DNA from: Schmidtea polychroa
Taxonomy: Eukaryota
DNA: 64,000 bases
NCBI GenBank assembly: GCA_044892525.1
Contig: CM097885.1
Span: 6,946,001 to 7,010,000 of the forward strand
Reading direction: 5' to 3'
In this document: in pieces, positions 50,599 to 63,438 of the stretch
Position numbering within the stretch: the first letter of the stretch is position 1
How the letters are laid out: the number at the start of each line of letters is the position of its first letter
Made by a program: the position numbers and the translations under genes
Notes under the pieces: generated by a model
What the model saw: only the letters and a program-made list of their open reading frames with translations
Told to the model about the DNA's origin: nothing
The model's database searches: none

Positions 50599-50751
50599 TT
50601 ATAATTTGATCCACTTCTTGATTTGTTTCTTAGTTTTTGTACTTTTTGTACTTTTTGATCCACTTTTTGTTTTCTTTGTACGTTTTGTTTTCTTGGTAAT
50701 TTTCTTCGAAACACTTGGAAGATTTTTAACAACTACTTTTTTAAATGACAT
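50599..50751 (-). CDS. 50-aa lysine-rich protein, putatively DNA-condensing
   Basis: MSFKKVVVKNLPSVSKKITKKTKRTKKTKSGSKSTKSTKTKKQIKKWIKL; fills the intergenic slot. Confidence 0.6.
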   Translation of the reverse strand: MSFKKVVVKNLPSVSKKITKKTKRTKKTKSGSKSTKSTKTKKQIKKWIKL

Positions 50752-50770
50752 GATTAATTTTATTTAGTTT

Positions 50771-51394
50771 TTAGTTTTGTTTATAAATCGTAACACCGTT
50801 TATATTAAAAATATCAGTTCTAATACGCATATCATCTGGACATTGTTGTGTAAAATCAAAAAATAAATATCCATGAGGAATTTTTGTTGCATCTTGGAAT
50901 GAATCAATCAAAAATTTTCTATTATTTGGATAAGCTTGTCTTGCAAGAAAATCTATTATTGTTTGATCTCTAGGATTTTTGAAAATAATTAAATATTGGA
51001 CATTTAAATTACGTGTTCTATGACTTCCACCTTGATGAAAAAGATTTTGTGTAATGAAAATAACTGTAACTCCACAATGTCTACTGATTTTTGTAAATAA
51101 ATTATTAAAATCTTTTTCTTTATTTGCTTCCTGGTACAGATCATCGATAATAATAACATCACCTTGGCGTAATCTAGATGACCAATTTTTATCAAATCCT
51201 TTAATTATTGTCATTTTTAATTTACAGAAACTGTTTTGAGTCAATCCATGTTCTTCATCTGCACCTCGATGCCAATATATTTTATTAAATTTAGATTTAA
51301 ACATGTTTGATTGTAATAAATTACATACAAATAAAGTTTTCCCGCTTCCACTAGGTCCTACTATTTGATATACTGCGTCATTTCTTAATTCCAT
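50771..51394 (-). CDS. Packaging ATPase (A32/FtsK-like)
   Basis: GPSGSGKT, IIIDDL, SRH, ITQNLF, FKNPRD, PHGYLFFD. Confidence 0.95.
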   Translation of the reverse strand: MELRNDAVYQIVGPSGSGKTLFVCNLLQSNMFKSKFNKIYWHRGADEEHGLTQNSFCKLKMTIIKGFDKNWSSRLRQGDVIIIDDLYQEANKEKDFNNLFTKISRHCGVTVIFITQNLFHQGGSHRTRNLNVQYLIIFKNPRDQTIIDFLARQAYPNNRKFLIDSFQDATKIPHGYLFFDFTQQCPDDMRIRTDIFNINGVTIYKQN

Positions 51395-51444
51395 TTTTTA
51401 ATTAAATTATTTTATTTAATTTGTTTATAATTACAATAATTAGA

Positions 51445-51921
51445 ATGATCAGCAACATTAATTATAGAGGAAGATGTGTAGTTAATGGAATGAAGTTTCC
51501 ATCAGGAAAACCTCAACATGTCGTGGACAGAAGTGGAAAATATCCAATTTTATTCTTCAAGAGCGGGAAATGTAGGATAATGGGATGTAAGAAACCATTA
51601 CAGGAAGGCGATCTCAAATATCACATTCAAGATTTACAAATCCAATCAATTACATTAACGCTAGATATGGGTACATGCAGTGATTTAAATGCATTGTCAA
51701 GGAAAACCGATAGTTACTACGAGCCTGAAATATTTCCAGCTTTACGTATTCTCAAGTATAACCCCCTATGTGTAAATGTTTTTTCAAGTGGGAAAGTTGT
51801 TATATTAGGGATTAAAACATTTGATTATTTTAATCAAATTCAAGAAATTCAGAAATTCATTAAATCATTAACTATAAATATCACAACAAATGAAGAAATA
51901 TTGGAATATTTATTAAGTTAA
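51445..51921 (+). CDS. TATA-binding protein (TBP)-like protein
   Basis: Two TBP half-repeats: ILFFKSGKCRIMGCK and YEPEIFPAL..VNVFSSGKVVILGIK (host TBP reads YEPELFPGL..LIFVSGKVVLTGAK). Confidence 0.85.
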   Translation: MISNINYRGRCVVNGMKFPSGKPQHVVDRSGKYPILFFKSGKCRIMGCKKPLQEGDLKYHIQDLQIQSITLTLDMGTCSDLNALSRKTDSYYEPEIFPALRILKYNPLCVNVFSSGKVVILGIKTFDYFNQIQEIQKFIKSLTINITTNEEILEYLLS

Positions 51922-51984
51922 TTAAATTAATTTAATTAATTGTGTTTAAATTAACTGAATATCTACAATAACAAAAATTCAAAA

Positions 51985-52332
51985 ATGGATGACGATAAGC
52001 AAGCTTACATATTCCAGACTATATTAACGAAGATGGAAGAATTGTTCCCGAATATAAAGAACAGACTTTCATATTGTGCTCCGGAATTATTAGCTTATAG
52101 AATCAAGCAATTAACAGGGATCAATATAGAAGAACTTATACGAAGACATTTCGAATCTGTACAAGAATCAATATTTAAATGCATAGACGATTGTGAAGTA
52201 TGTATGGATCCGATGAAATTACCTTGTCCGTTTAGATGTAGATGCTGCCAAGAATATAAGATGAAAGAAGTTGTTCATATTTTACTAGCAGAATTAAGAA
52301 GAGCTTATTACAAGCAAATATTGGATGAATAA
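51985..52332 (+). CDS. Cys-rich hypothetical protein, possibly Zn-binding
   Basis: 115 aa, CIDDCEVC..PCPFRCRCC; AAAATG start; ends at the TIR boundary. Confidence 0.65.
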   Translation: MDDDKQAYIFQTILTKMEELFPNIKNRLSYCAPELLAYRIKQLTGINIEELIRRHFESVQESIFKCIDDCEVCMDPMKLPCPFRCRCCQEYKMKEVVHILLAELRRAYYKQILDE

Positions 52333-54288
52333 ATTTTATATCTTTACATTTGTTTGTGTTTTATGTGTCTAGTTCATTTTTATGTATTTGGTTGATATAT
52401 TATTACTATTTTTATTATTCCATTAAAATTTTCATTTGACTTTGAAAAATATTTCATTGAAATTATCTTAAAATTTTCCATCTAAAATTATCATTGAAAA
52501 ATATTCCATAAATATTTCCATTAAAAATTACTTAAAAAAAATTATTCCATAAAAATTTCCATTAAAAATTACTTAAAAAATTATTCCATAAAAATTTTCA
52601 CTAAAAAATTTCAATTCTCAAACACCTTCAACTTTTTGTTAATAAATTTTAAAATCTTACTTTAATTTACTTATTACATTACATTAATTTACTTATTTAA
52701 AAATTATTACTTTAATTTACTTATTTAAAAATTATTACTTATTTAAAATTTTTTACCATTGATTACTTAATTTTAAATTTAGACCTTAATTAACTTTAAT
52801 TTAATTTTTTAGAACCTTAATTTACTTTAATTTAATTTTTTAGAACCTTAATTTACTTTAATTTAAAATTTAGAACCTTAATTTACTTTAATTTAATTTT
52901 TAGGACCATAATTTACTGTATTTGAAAAATTTAGAACCATAATTTACTTTTAATTTAATTTTTAGAACCATAATTTACTTTAATTCAAAAATTTGGACCA
53001 TAATTTACTGTATTTGAAAAATTTAGAACCATAATTTACTTTAATTTAATTTTTAGAACCATAATTTACTGTAATTTAATTTTTTAGAACCATAATTTAC
53101 TTTAATTGAAAAAATTTGGACCATAATTTACTTTAATTCAATTTTTAGAACCATTATTTACTTTAAATTTAATTTTTGGACCATTATTTACTGTAATTTA
53201 ATTTTTTAGAACCATTATTTACTTTAATTGAAAAATTTGGACCATAATTTACTGTATTTGAAAATTTGGACCATAATTTACTTTAATTTAATTTTTAGAA
53301 CCATTATTTACAGTAATTGAAAAATTTGGACCATAATTACTTTAATTTAATTTTTAGACCCATAATTTACTGTAATTTAATTTTTAGGACCATTATTTAC
53401 TGTAATTTAATTTTTTAGAACCATTATTTACTTTAATTTAATTTTTAGGACCATAATTACCTTATTTGAAAAATGTTGACCATAATTTACTTTAATTGAA
53501 AAATTTGGACCATTATTTACTTTAATTGAAAAATTTACCACGTTTTTTAGTGTAGACCACCTATTTCTCAGGACCAAGGAGACCACCTCACTATAGTCTG
53601 AAAAATCCTTGGCTTTTTTAGTGTAGACCGCCTTTTTGTATTGAAAAAATTTTATTTGTATTGAAAATCCCAGGACCATCGTTTTTGTATAGAAAAAATT
53701 TTATTTGTATTGAAAATCCCAGGACCATCGTTTTTGTATTGAAAAAATTTTATTTGTATTGAAAATCTCAGGACCATCGAGACCGCCTCACTATAGTCTG
53801 AAAAATCCTTGGCTTTTTTAGTGTAGACCACCTTTTTCTATTGAAAAAAATTTATTTGTATTGAAAATCCCAGGACCATCGAGACCCCTTCACTATAGCG
53901 TGAATAATCCATGCTTTTTTATTGGTAGTCGGATTTTTGTATAGAAAATTTTTTTTTGTATTGAAAATCCCAGGACCATCGTTTTTGTATTGAAAAAATT
54001 TTATTTGTATTGAAAATCTCAGGACCATCGAGACCGCCTCACTATAGTCTGAAAAATCCTTGGCTTTTTTAGTGTAGACCACCTTTTTCTATTGAAAAAA
54101 ATTTATTTGTATTGAAAATCCCAGGACCATCGTTTTTGTATTGAAAAAATTTTTTTGTATTGAAAATCCCAGGACCATCGAGACCCCTTCACTATAGTCT
54201 GAAAAATTGCGTAATCAAAAGTTGCAGCAAAAAATTACGGCAGCAGGGGAGCTACTATCTACCTACTAATAATGATGATAATAATGAT

Positions 54289-54335
<47 letters not shown>

Positions 54336-54341
54336 TAATAA

Positions 54342-54392
<51 letters not shown>

Positions 54393-54502
54393 GTAATAAA
54401 GGTAATAATAATAATAATAATAAGTAATAAAGGTAATAATAATAATAATAATAATAATATAATAATAATAATAATAATAACAATAAAAATAATAATAATA
54501 AT

Positions 54503-54578
<76 letters not shown>

Positions 54579-55178
54579 TTAATATTAATAATAATAATTA
54601 TAATAATAGTAATAATAATACCCTTGTGAGCTGTTGAGTGTAACCAATACCATTGAACTCTTTGAAGGTTATTGAACCTCCATAGACCTTCGATGTTCTC
54701 AAATACTCACCATTCAAATATCTTTCGAATGAGCTATTAAATAATAAAAAACCATTGGCGGGAACTCTGAGAATTTAAATTTTAAAAAATTTAGCATGAC
54801 TCATCGGAGGAGTCATATGACCTTGAATGAGTCATCGGATGAGTCATATGACCTTGAATGAGTCATCGGATGAGTCATATGACCTTGAATGAGTCGTCGG
54901 ATGAGTCACATGACCTTGAATCAGTCATCGGATGAGTCATATGACCGTGAATGAGTCATCGGGTGAGTCATATGACCTTGAATGAGTCATCGGATGAGTC
55001 ATATGACCTTGAATGCGTCATCGGGTGAGTCATGGTCTTTGTTTCAGTGACCTTGATGAGTCATATGTCTTTGTTTAAAATTTGACCTTGAAAAAAAAAT
55101 AAAATGGCGGGGGAGGGGGGAGGGGGTATGTCTTTGTCCCAGAAGGCCGCTGGTTTAGTGGGCCGCTATCCCTCTACT
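52331..55178. repeat. Right TIR of element C, with an internal terminus at 54267
   Basis: Mirror of 36149-38968. CTATCTACCTACT at 54255-54267. Confidence 0.9.
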
Positions 55179-56100
55179 CGCTGCAACCTGTTACTTTTTT
55201 CAACGTTGTATTTCCAAATGTATTTCTCTTTAGATTCCTCCTTTTTTCCTAATAAAATACTTCGAAAGTGACCTCATCCCTCGATATTTGTTTTGTGCAC
55301 TTTCATATTGTACTGTGAACCTTACTATTACTTTAACGACAAGCGGACTCGCTTTCAGTGATCAGAGAGAAAAGTTGGGAAATGTGGTTTCTGTGAATTG
55401 TGGAAATTTTGTATCAGTCATAGATCATTTGGCGGCATATGACCCAGTGTTGAAAGAACTTATTGAACAACCTGGTAGGGCCAACCAAATATTTAAGCCC
55501 AACAGTGCAGAATGAAGTAATAGAGATAATTTTTATTGATTTTGGTTCTGAATGATGCAGTTTCTCAAGTACACGAACTATCACAATTCATTGATGTTAT
55601 TCAGCGGATTTATACGTTATACGGATTTATTGGTTCCAGTTTCAAACGTTAGAACATTCTGTCATTGGTTACAACTAAATTGAATATCAAACTCAAGGCA
55701 CTGTGCCTAACAAGATGGTCATCCCAGGAAGAGTGCATAGCAGATATATTGAGAGCATTGATAAATATAAATCTGATCGAGAAAAGAAAAGATATAATTG
55801 AATTTGTTTATCTTCTGGTTGTGCTCACAAAAAGTTTTCAAAGTGTGAATATTATATCAAAAATTGCTCCAGGCTGATAAAATTGACTTAATGAGTGTTT
55901 CAACTCTGCTTAAAATTATGTTTGAACTCATGTCAGCATTCAGGAACAAATCGAATGAATACTATATTGCCAAGGAAATGGCAGTCTCTCTTGCCCACCA
56001 ACCAATGGTGTGTAGAGACAAATTTTGGCTTATCGGTTTAGAGGAATGCGGGTTGTGGTAAATAAATTTGGCATACTGCCATCACAGATGATCATCTATT
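55179..56100 (+). mobile_element. Degenerate hAT-family (ZMYM1-like) transposase remnant
   Basis: LAFS..NCGNF..LAAYDPVLKE, YLSPTVQNEVI, LKALCLTRWS in broken frames. Confidence 0.7.
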
Positions 56101-57678
56101 CACAAAGGCGAAAAGGTTACAACAGTATAAAGGTTAGATCATATTACTGTACCTCAGAAGGAATTCATTCCGGCAACTACAGCGGCTATAGTGGAACAGA
56201 AAATATTATAGAAACCAAGATTACCCGAACATCCAACAACATCAGAGCAACCACAGGCAAAGAGAAAATGGAAGTCACCAGAAGATCTACCACCACCTCC
56301 AACAATATCGATAGGTGAAGAAGATGAATACAAAACATGCGTGAGTGAAGCAGAAACAGCGAAATCAACCAAACAACCTAACAGCGCTGCCTACCAGCCG
56401 ACGGAAGGGAAAAAAGTTGCGACAGTCAAAGAAAACTAAGAACTAAAAAGATATTAAAGAAAATGTTACCGGCAAAAAGAGATAAATTCAAATTTAAATC
56501 TGAAGAGCCATTGAAAGCACCATCCAAAAAGGAGGAAGAAATTAAGATTAGACCAAAGGAAATATTTAACGAGCCAGACGACGAGATCATGGAAGTTGCA
56601 TTCTAACCTCCGGTCAAGGAACTGCAAGAAGTAATTCAGGTGAAGTCGGAACCCGTAGTCCGCAAAAAATGTTAAAAATCTCCAAGGAAAATATAATAAA
56701 GAAACCTGTGTCAGTTGACGTGGATGGATTCGAACCAATGAGGTAGACGATAGAGGTAGACTTTGGAAACCCAGAGCCAAAGAGTACGACTGCCTACGTG
56801 TCACTACGATGGCTATAAATGGCTATCTAACGTCATATTAACAAGTGCCTTAGACAATGATAAATCTTAAGCAGTGAGTTTATAGCCAGAAGTTCTAAAG
56901 AAGCGGGAAAATAAACTAAAGCGACAATAGGAAATGGTTACAGCACAATGGAATTACGCCTATGCAAGGTTCTAGAACCAGATTCCGACTATCTGGATGT
57001 CTAATAAATGGAAGTTGCCCATCAAAATTGCCATCGGAACAAATATATAACTTTATAAAATTGATCGTTCTCGTTACGCCGTTGTTATATAGTATGATTT
57101 AAATATATTTAACGAATTTATGGCATTTTAGTGGTGTAATTGCTATAATTTTTGTTTATAGTAATTTATTTATCCTAGAATTATATGTAAATATTTGTAA
57201 TATTATTAAAATCTTGTAAACATGATTTGGATTTTAGTATTTCTCGATATGTATAGGTTATATAGTATCATTTAATGAATTTCTGAACCTTAGTAGTATA
57301 ATTGATATATTTTAGTTTTATATGGAATTTTTATCTAGGAGTAGGCAGGTGGAAGGGCAACGAGTGGAGCGTAAAATCTTATTCATTGTTTTGGTTACAA
57401 TTTTATATGTTTTCATCAAAAGTCGTAGATATTAATAATCAGCACATCAGCAATCATGAATAAGGTGTATCATGGAGTTATAGAATAGGCAAGGCCCTAG
57501 TAGAAGCCGAGAATGATATTTAATTGCCAGATCGTCAAATCTTAATAACTACTGCAGACATCTAAATACAATAGATAGGATGATCTTCCAAACTGTTCCT
57601 TTTCATTAAGCTTCAAAACAATAAGAAACAACAAGCATAGGACAAGCCCAATACTAATAACGGTAGCTATGACAACAG

Positions 57679-57744
<66 letters not shown>

Positions 57745-57836
57745 TAATAATAATTAGAAATTTAAAAATAATGAAAATAATAATTATGCAAGATAATTAA
57801 CCACTATGAGGATAGTAATAAGTTAGTAAGGATCTT

Positions 57837-58839
57837 AGTAGGTAGTTAGTGGCATACGGGAACAATAGGGGGGGGGGGCGGGGTAAAAAATGTTGCAAAC
57901 TTTTGATTGCATAACTTTTTCCGTAGACATTTTTTGATTACATAATTGTTGCCGTAATGCCCAATGTTTTCTGGGATTTTAAATACAAAATTTTTTTTTC
58001 AATAAACAAGCCAAGGATAAATATTATTTGGGTGGGTCTCCTTGGTCCTGAGAATTTCAATAGAAAAGGTGGTTTACATTAAAAACGCATAGTAAATTTT
58101 TAAAATAAAGCAAATTATGGGTCTAAAATTTAAAAATAAAGTAAATGATGGGTCTAAAAAATTTAAGTAAATCAAGGTTCAGATTTTGTTTTGAAATAAA
58201 GTAAATTATGGTCTAAATAAGTAAATTATGGGCTAAGATTTTTCAATTAAAGTAAATTATGGTTCAAATTTTAAAATTAAAGTACATTTAGGTTCTAAAA
58301 TATTAAATTAAAGTAAATAATGGTCCAAATTTTTAAATTAAAGTAAATTTAGGTTCTAAAATATTAAATTAAAGTAAATAATTGTTCAAAATTTAAAATT
58401 AAAGTTAATTAAGGGCTCAACTAAGTAAATTAAGGTTCGAATTTTTAAATTAAGTAAATAATGGCTCTAAAAAAAAATAAAATAAAGTAAATTAAGGTCC
58501 TAAAAAATTAAATTAAAGTAATGAATGGGCACAAATAACTAAATTAAGGTTCTAAAAAATTAAATTAAAGTTAATTAAGGTCCAAATTTTAAAATTAAGT
58601 AATCAATGGTATAAAATTTTAAATAAGTAAATTAAAGTAATAATTTTTAAATAAGTAAATTAAAGTAATGTAATAAGTAAATTAAAGTAAGATTTTTAAA
58701 TTTATTAACAAAAAATAGAAGGTGTTTGAGAATTGAAATTTTTTAATGAAAATTTTTATGGAATAATTTTTTAAGTTAATTTTTAATAGAAATTTTAATG
58801 AAATATTTTTAAGATAATTTTTAATGAAAATTTTTATGA

Positions 58840-58888
<49 letters not shown>

Positions 58889-61800
58889 TTAATAATATAT
58901 CAACCAAATACTATACAACACATAAAAATTAACTAAACACATAAAAATAACTAGACACATAACAAAACATATAAACATTAACTAAACACATAAAAATGAA
59001 CTAAACACATAACAAACATAAAAATTTACCAAACAAATAACAAATGCGTAGGTATAAACTTTTATTTATTGAAATTAGTCCTCATCGGACAAAATAACGT
59101 CATCGATATCGATGTCATCTTCTCCAAAATCTTCATTTAATTCTTCCTCATCTTCTCCAAAATCTTCATTTAATTCTTCCTCATCTTCTCCATCATTTTC
59201 TCCAACATTTTCTGAAACATTTTCTGCAACAATTTCTCCAACATTTTTTCCAATATTTAATTCACTTAATCTTACATGCCCATATGCAAGACTAGCATTT
59301 TTCCCCACCCAAACCCTTTTGTCATCTTTGTTAGTTAGTGCTATTTTTGTGTTTTTAATTGTAAAAATTTGATGATTTTTGCTTGTTATTTTAGTCTGAG
59401 GAACCGAAAAAATCTGGTTAGTGTTATAACAATCCAGGTATGACTGATGTTTTATGTCACTACCTTTCAATGTTACACCTTTAGCCTTTTTTGTTTCCTC
59501 ATCACCCAACAAGCTATAACATTTAGGTCTAAGAAAAACCCATTCCTTATATTTAAGACCTTTATTCTCGTCTTTGAACTTTCCAATGACTGAATCAAGG
59601 TTCTTACTATATAAGGAATGACAACTATTGTAATTGGAAGTATCTAATAAATTATCTCGAATCATTGCAGGTAAAGAACCTCGAGTTTACAGTTAATGAC
59701 TTCGAGGAAAAAAGAATCTGTATCACCTGCAACGATATTAATTTTACAATTAAACTCATTGCGAAATGATTCCAGATCCTTATATTGCAATTCATACATT
59801 CTAAGTTTAGATAGATCAAGTACAGATTGACCAATGTAACTTGGTCTATCTAAACATATAGAATCTGAATTCAATAATGCCGCGATTAAATTATCGTCTA
59901 TTTTAATAGATTTTTTAAAAGTTGGCTTTGAAGAATATTTAACTAGTTTACCGGCAGTTGTACAAAGACGAAGATTCATTCTTCTCTTTAAATTTTCAAC
60001 TGTTTTGCCGTATAAACTGTTATTTAGCAATTTATAGTAATTTTTATCTAAGTTATTTATACTTTTTGACCTTAATTCTGTATTTGTATCTATATATTTT
60101 TTTAAAATTGGAGATTACTTAAATCTTACACCCTATTTACACGTGTTACTTTAACACCAAGTTCCAAATATAATTTTAATAATCTCCAATGAATCACATA
60201 ATTAGATTTTGGAAGATGAGTTAATAATAATTTTTCAACCTTAGACCCAGCAGGTTTCATTTTTTCAGCAGCTACAGGGAAATCATCCAACTTATCATGA
60301 AGCTCAGAAGGAATTACAAGATCAACTTCAAGAGTGTATCCATAAGACAAAGATTCAAGATTTAAATTCCTACATTCATCCATTATTAAATCAAATCCAT
60401 CAAGAACCCAACTAAATTCGCCACAAGGTAATGATTGACTTAAAGCCCAACCATAAAGATTATTAATATCTATATATAGTAACTCGGTGTTCTCATCGGT
60501 TTTTACGTAATGCTTATTCACAAAAGTAAGACCGCCTCTTATTCCACCCTCATAAAAGCTAAACATTTCGTTTTCTGTTATGAGCTCAATTGGTTCATTT
60601 AAAGACATTAATGCAGAAGACCAAGACATACCAGGAATTCCGAAATAATTCAATGGTTCCAATCTATTGTGAGCAATATATTTCAACCGAAACTGATGAA
60701 AGAAATCAGCCAAAAGAAAACAATCAAGTTTTAGGTAGATCATCATATAATCTAATAAAGTTACGCAATTAGTTTCTACCCAAATCTCCTGAGCTTTTTC
60801 ATACTCAAGCTCAGTGACACCTTCCCAAATTGGTGGTAATTCATAAGTAGTTTGGAGAATATCTAAAGAAGTGGCGAAATTATAAGGGAAGATTCCTTTT
60901 TCAGAAACTATAGTGCCAGAAAAAGCAGAATTAGTAAAAGGCAAAGAATTCAAAGTTTTGACTGCTTTAGCTAAAGAATCATTGACAAATTGATAAGAAT
61001 CAATGAATCTTAAGCTAATTTTGCCTAAATGAGCAATCAAAGAAATAAATTCTTCAGTCGTTATTGGGATGCAACCTAAAGTCCAATTTTTAAATTTATT
61101 TAATCCGTATTTAAGTATATGATGCATATCGTATCCCTTCAAGTTATGAAATACGATAGGCAAAATTTTATTTATTTTCCTATTTATGTTACATGTGCTA
61201 CAAGCTGCACCCAAGTATTTCCCCGTAAAATGATCGTGATCTCTAACAGGATCGACGATAGATTTCAAACAAAGATAACAAACAGAAGCACTAACAAATT
61301 GACGTTGTTCAATTTTCGTTAATTTAATCATAGGTTTCCTACCCATTTTATAATAAAAAGGAAGAACCTTATTTAATGCTATATCCTCTATAGCACTTAA
61401 AAAACTCTCGACGCAATCTAAACCTATGAACTGTTGATAAGATTTAGATCCGTCAAAGTTATTTACAAGTAAAAGACCGGCAGATATTGGCATGTGTCGT
61501 TGGAAATGAAGATTATCAGAAGGTAAAATAGCCTCAAAATCGGCATAAACTACAAAAGGAGGAGTTACTGTTTTCGACCAGTCACTAAACTGCAATAATT
61601 TATTTTGAGGGAAAGTGTAAAGAGTTGTTCCTAATAGATTACGTTTACATAATATTTCATGTTTTTCCAGTGCGTTTCTATTATTAAACCCATTCAAACA
61701 CCGATGACACCATAATGAACGTATGCGTGTAGGACAACTAGTGTTTATGTGGCAATTCAATAACCTATTTAAATTACTTATAGCAACGTAATGGAAATTG

Positions 61801-63130
61801 TTTCCTTTATTTAATAGTAGTAAATTAATTACAGTTCCATTTAAAACTTTGGAACGATGTATAATGTCTAAATGTGGATGTTTTAAAACGTAATTATCTG
61901 TTAATTGTTTGCTATTGTCATAAGAAAAAACATTAATTATTAAGCCGGGATTTTTGGCCTCAAATTTTCTAATGTCTTTTAATTTCATGGGTAAATCTAA
62001 TGGATTATATATTAAGTCTGATAAATTATAACTGGATGTCCTATTTCTATATTGTCTAACAACCTCATCATATTTTAAAATAGCTAAAATGCTATATAAA
62101 AAACATGAATCATCGGTGTTTTTTATATTAATTAAACAATATTTATTTTTTAGACAAGTAAGTTGTTCAATGAAACTCCTACCACTTAATCTACTTAACC
62201 TACTTATCTTTGTTATAGTGAAGTGGATTTCTGTAATTTTTTTATAATCCAACTACTTCCTAACTCTGTAATATTAGTTATTTTCTCATTTAGTTCCCTA
62301 ATACCTTCATCAAAAAATGATGCAGTTAAAGGTTTTGCGTAATTGGAGATATTATTAACCTTTATTTCCCCGTCTTTTTCAAATTCGATAGTTATTCCGA
62401 ATTGAATTTTGACGGAGCCTAATTCGTTAATAATATCTCTCAATTTTATAATTAATTGTTCTGGAAATATTATTTCCTTTATATTTAAGTCGCTAGTATT
62501 TAAACTTAATATTTGATGGGTACCCCTTAGATCTTTTTGTATTATGGGAACATTACCCCCTATTTGTATTATATTTATTCCATCCCAAGAATCAAAGGAA
62601 GTGAATAATCCATCATTGGATTCAACAACCAATCCGACCTGGGATTCAACAAAAGGCAATCCGTCCTGGGATTCAACAAAAGACAATCCGACCTGGGATT
62701 CAACAAAAGGCAATCCGACCTGGGATTCAACAAAAGGCAATCCGACCTGGGATTCAACAAAAGACAATCCGTCCTGGGATTCAACAACCAATCCATCATT
62801 GGATTCAACCTCTAATCCAGCCTGGGATTCAACAACTAATCCGACCTGGAATTCAAAAGAAGAAGTATCTAATTTAATTTTTTTATTTGTATTATTTTTT
62901 TCTATAGTTGAGGGTCTTTTAAAAACACTATCTTTTTTAAAATTAAACCTATCTAAATGATTTTTATGTTTATTATAAAAAACGCTATATGATACAGGGT
63001 CACTAGTCTTACATACGGGACATATAAAATGTTTTATTATAATATTTTTTCGTCTAATAATTCTCCATTATAGAATGGCAATTATTATCATGTTCTTTCG
63101 ATGAACAATAATTTGGATAAAGTATACCTA
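57837..63130. mobile_element. Family-C Maverick fragment E (TIR + frameshifted pPolB 59075-63127, minus strand)
   Basis: AGTAGGTAGTTAG terminus. pPolB is highly similar to element C, with breaks at ~59670, ~60130, ~62240 and ~63050. Confidence 0.92.
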
Positions 63131-63438
63131 TAAAATAAAAATTTAATAAAAAAAAATATATATATATAATTTAAATGAAATATTTTAATAAATGTTTACG
63201 CAAAAATTTACAAATTTTAATTACTAAAAAATAAAAATTTACTAAATTAAAAATATTAACATTTAATTAAATAAAAAATTATATTAAATTTCCTTTAAAT
63301 TATATAAAAAAGTAATCAATACTTACAGTTATGATGTCTTCAACTTCTGAATTCATAAAATCAATAAATCAATAATAATTAAAAATATATTTTCCAAAAA
63401 CACGCTAAAACGAATATTATTTAAACAAACAACTTTAC

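Larger units (their letters stand above)
36149..55178. mobile_element. Structurally complete Maverick/Polinton element C (~19 kb)
   Basis: AGTAGAGGGATAGCGGCCCACTAAACCAGCGG and its reverse complement ending at 55178. Full core gene set. No target-site duplication. Confidence 0.96.

Noticed and set aside
56100..57060. Purine-rich, coding-like stretch
   Set aside because: Heavily interrupted; could not be assigned to any family by eye.
63128..63356. MNSEVEDIIT|GTAAGT as first exon of PolB
   Set aside because: Phase-0 donor does not match the phase-1 acceptor at 63128, and the region may belong to the Gypsy LTR.
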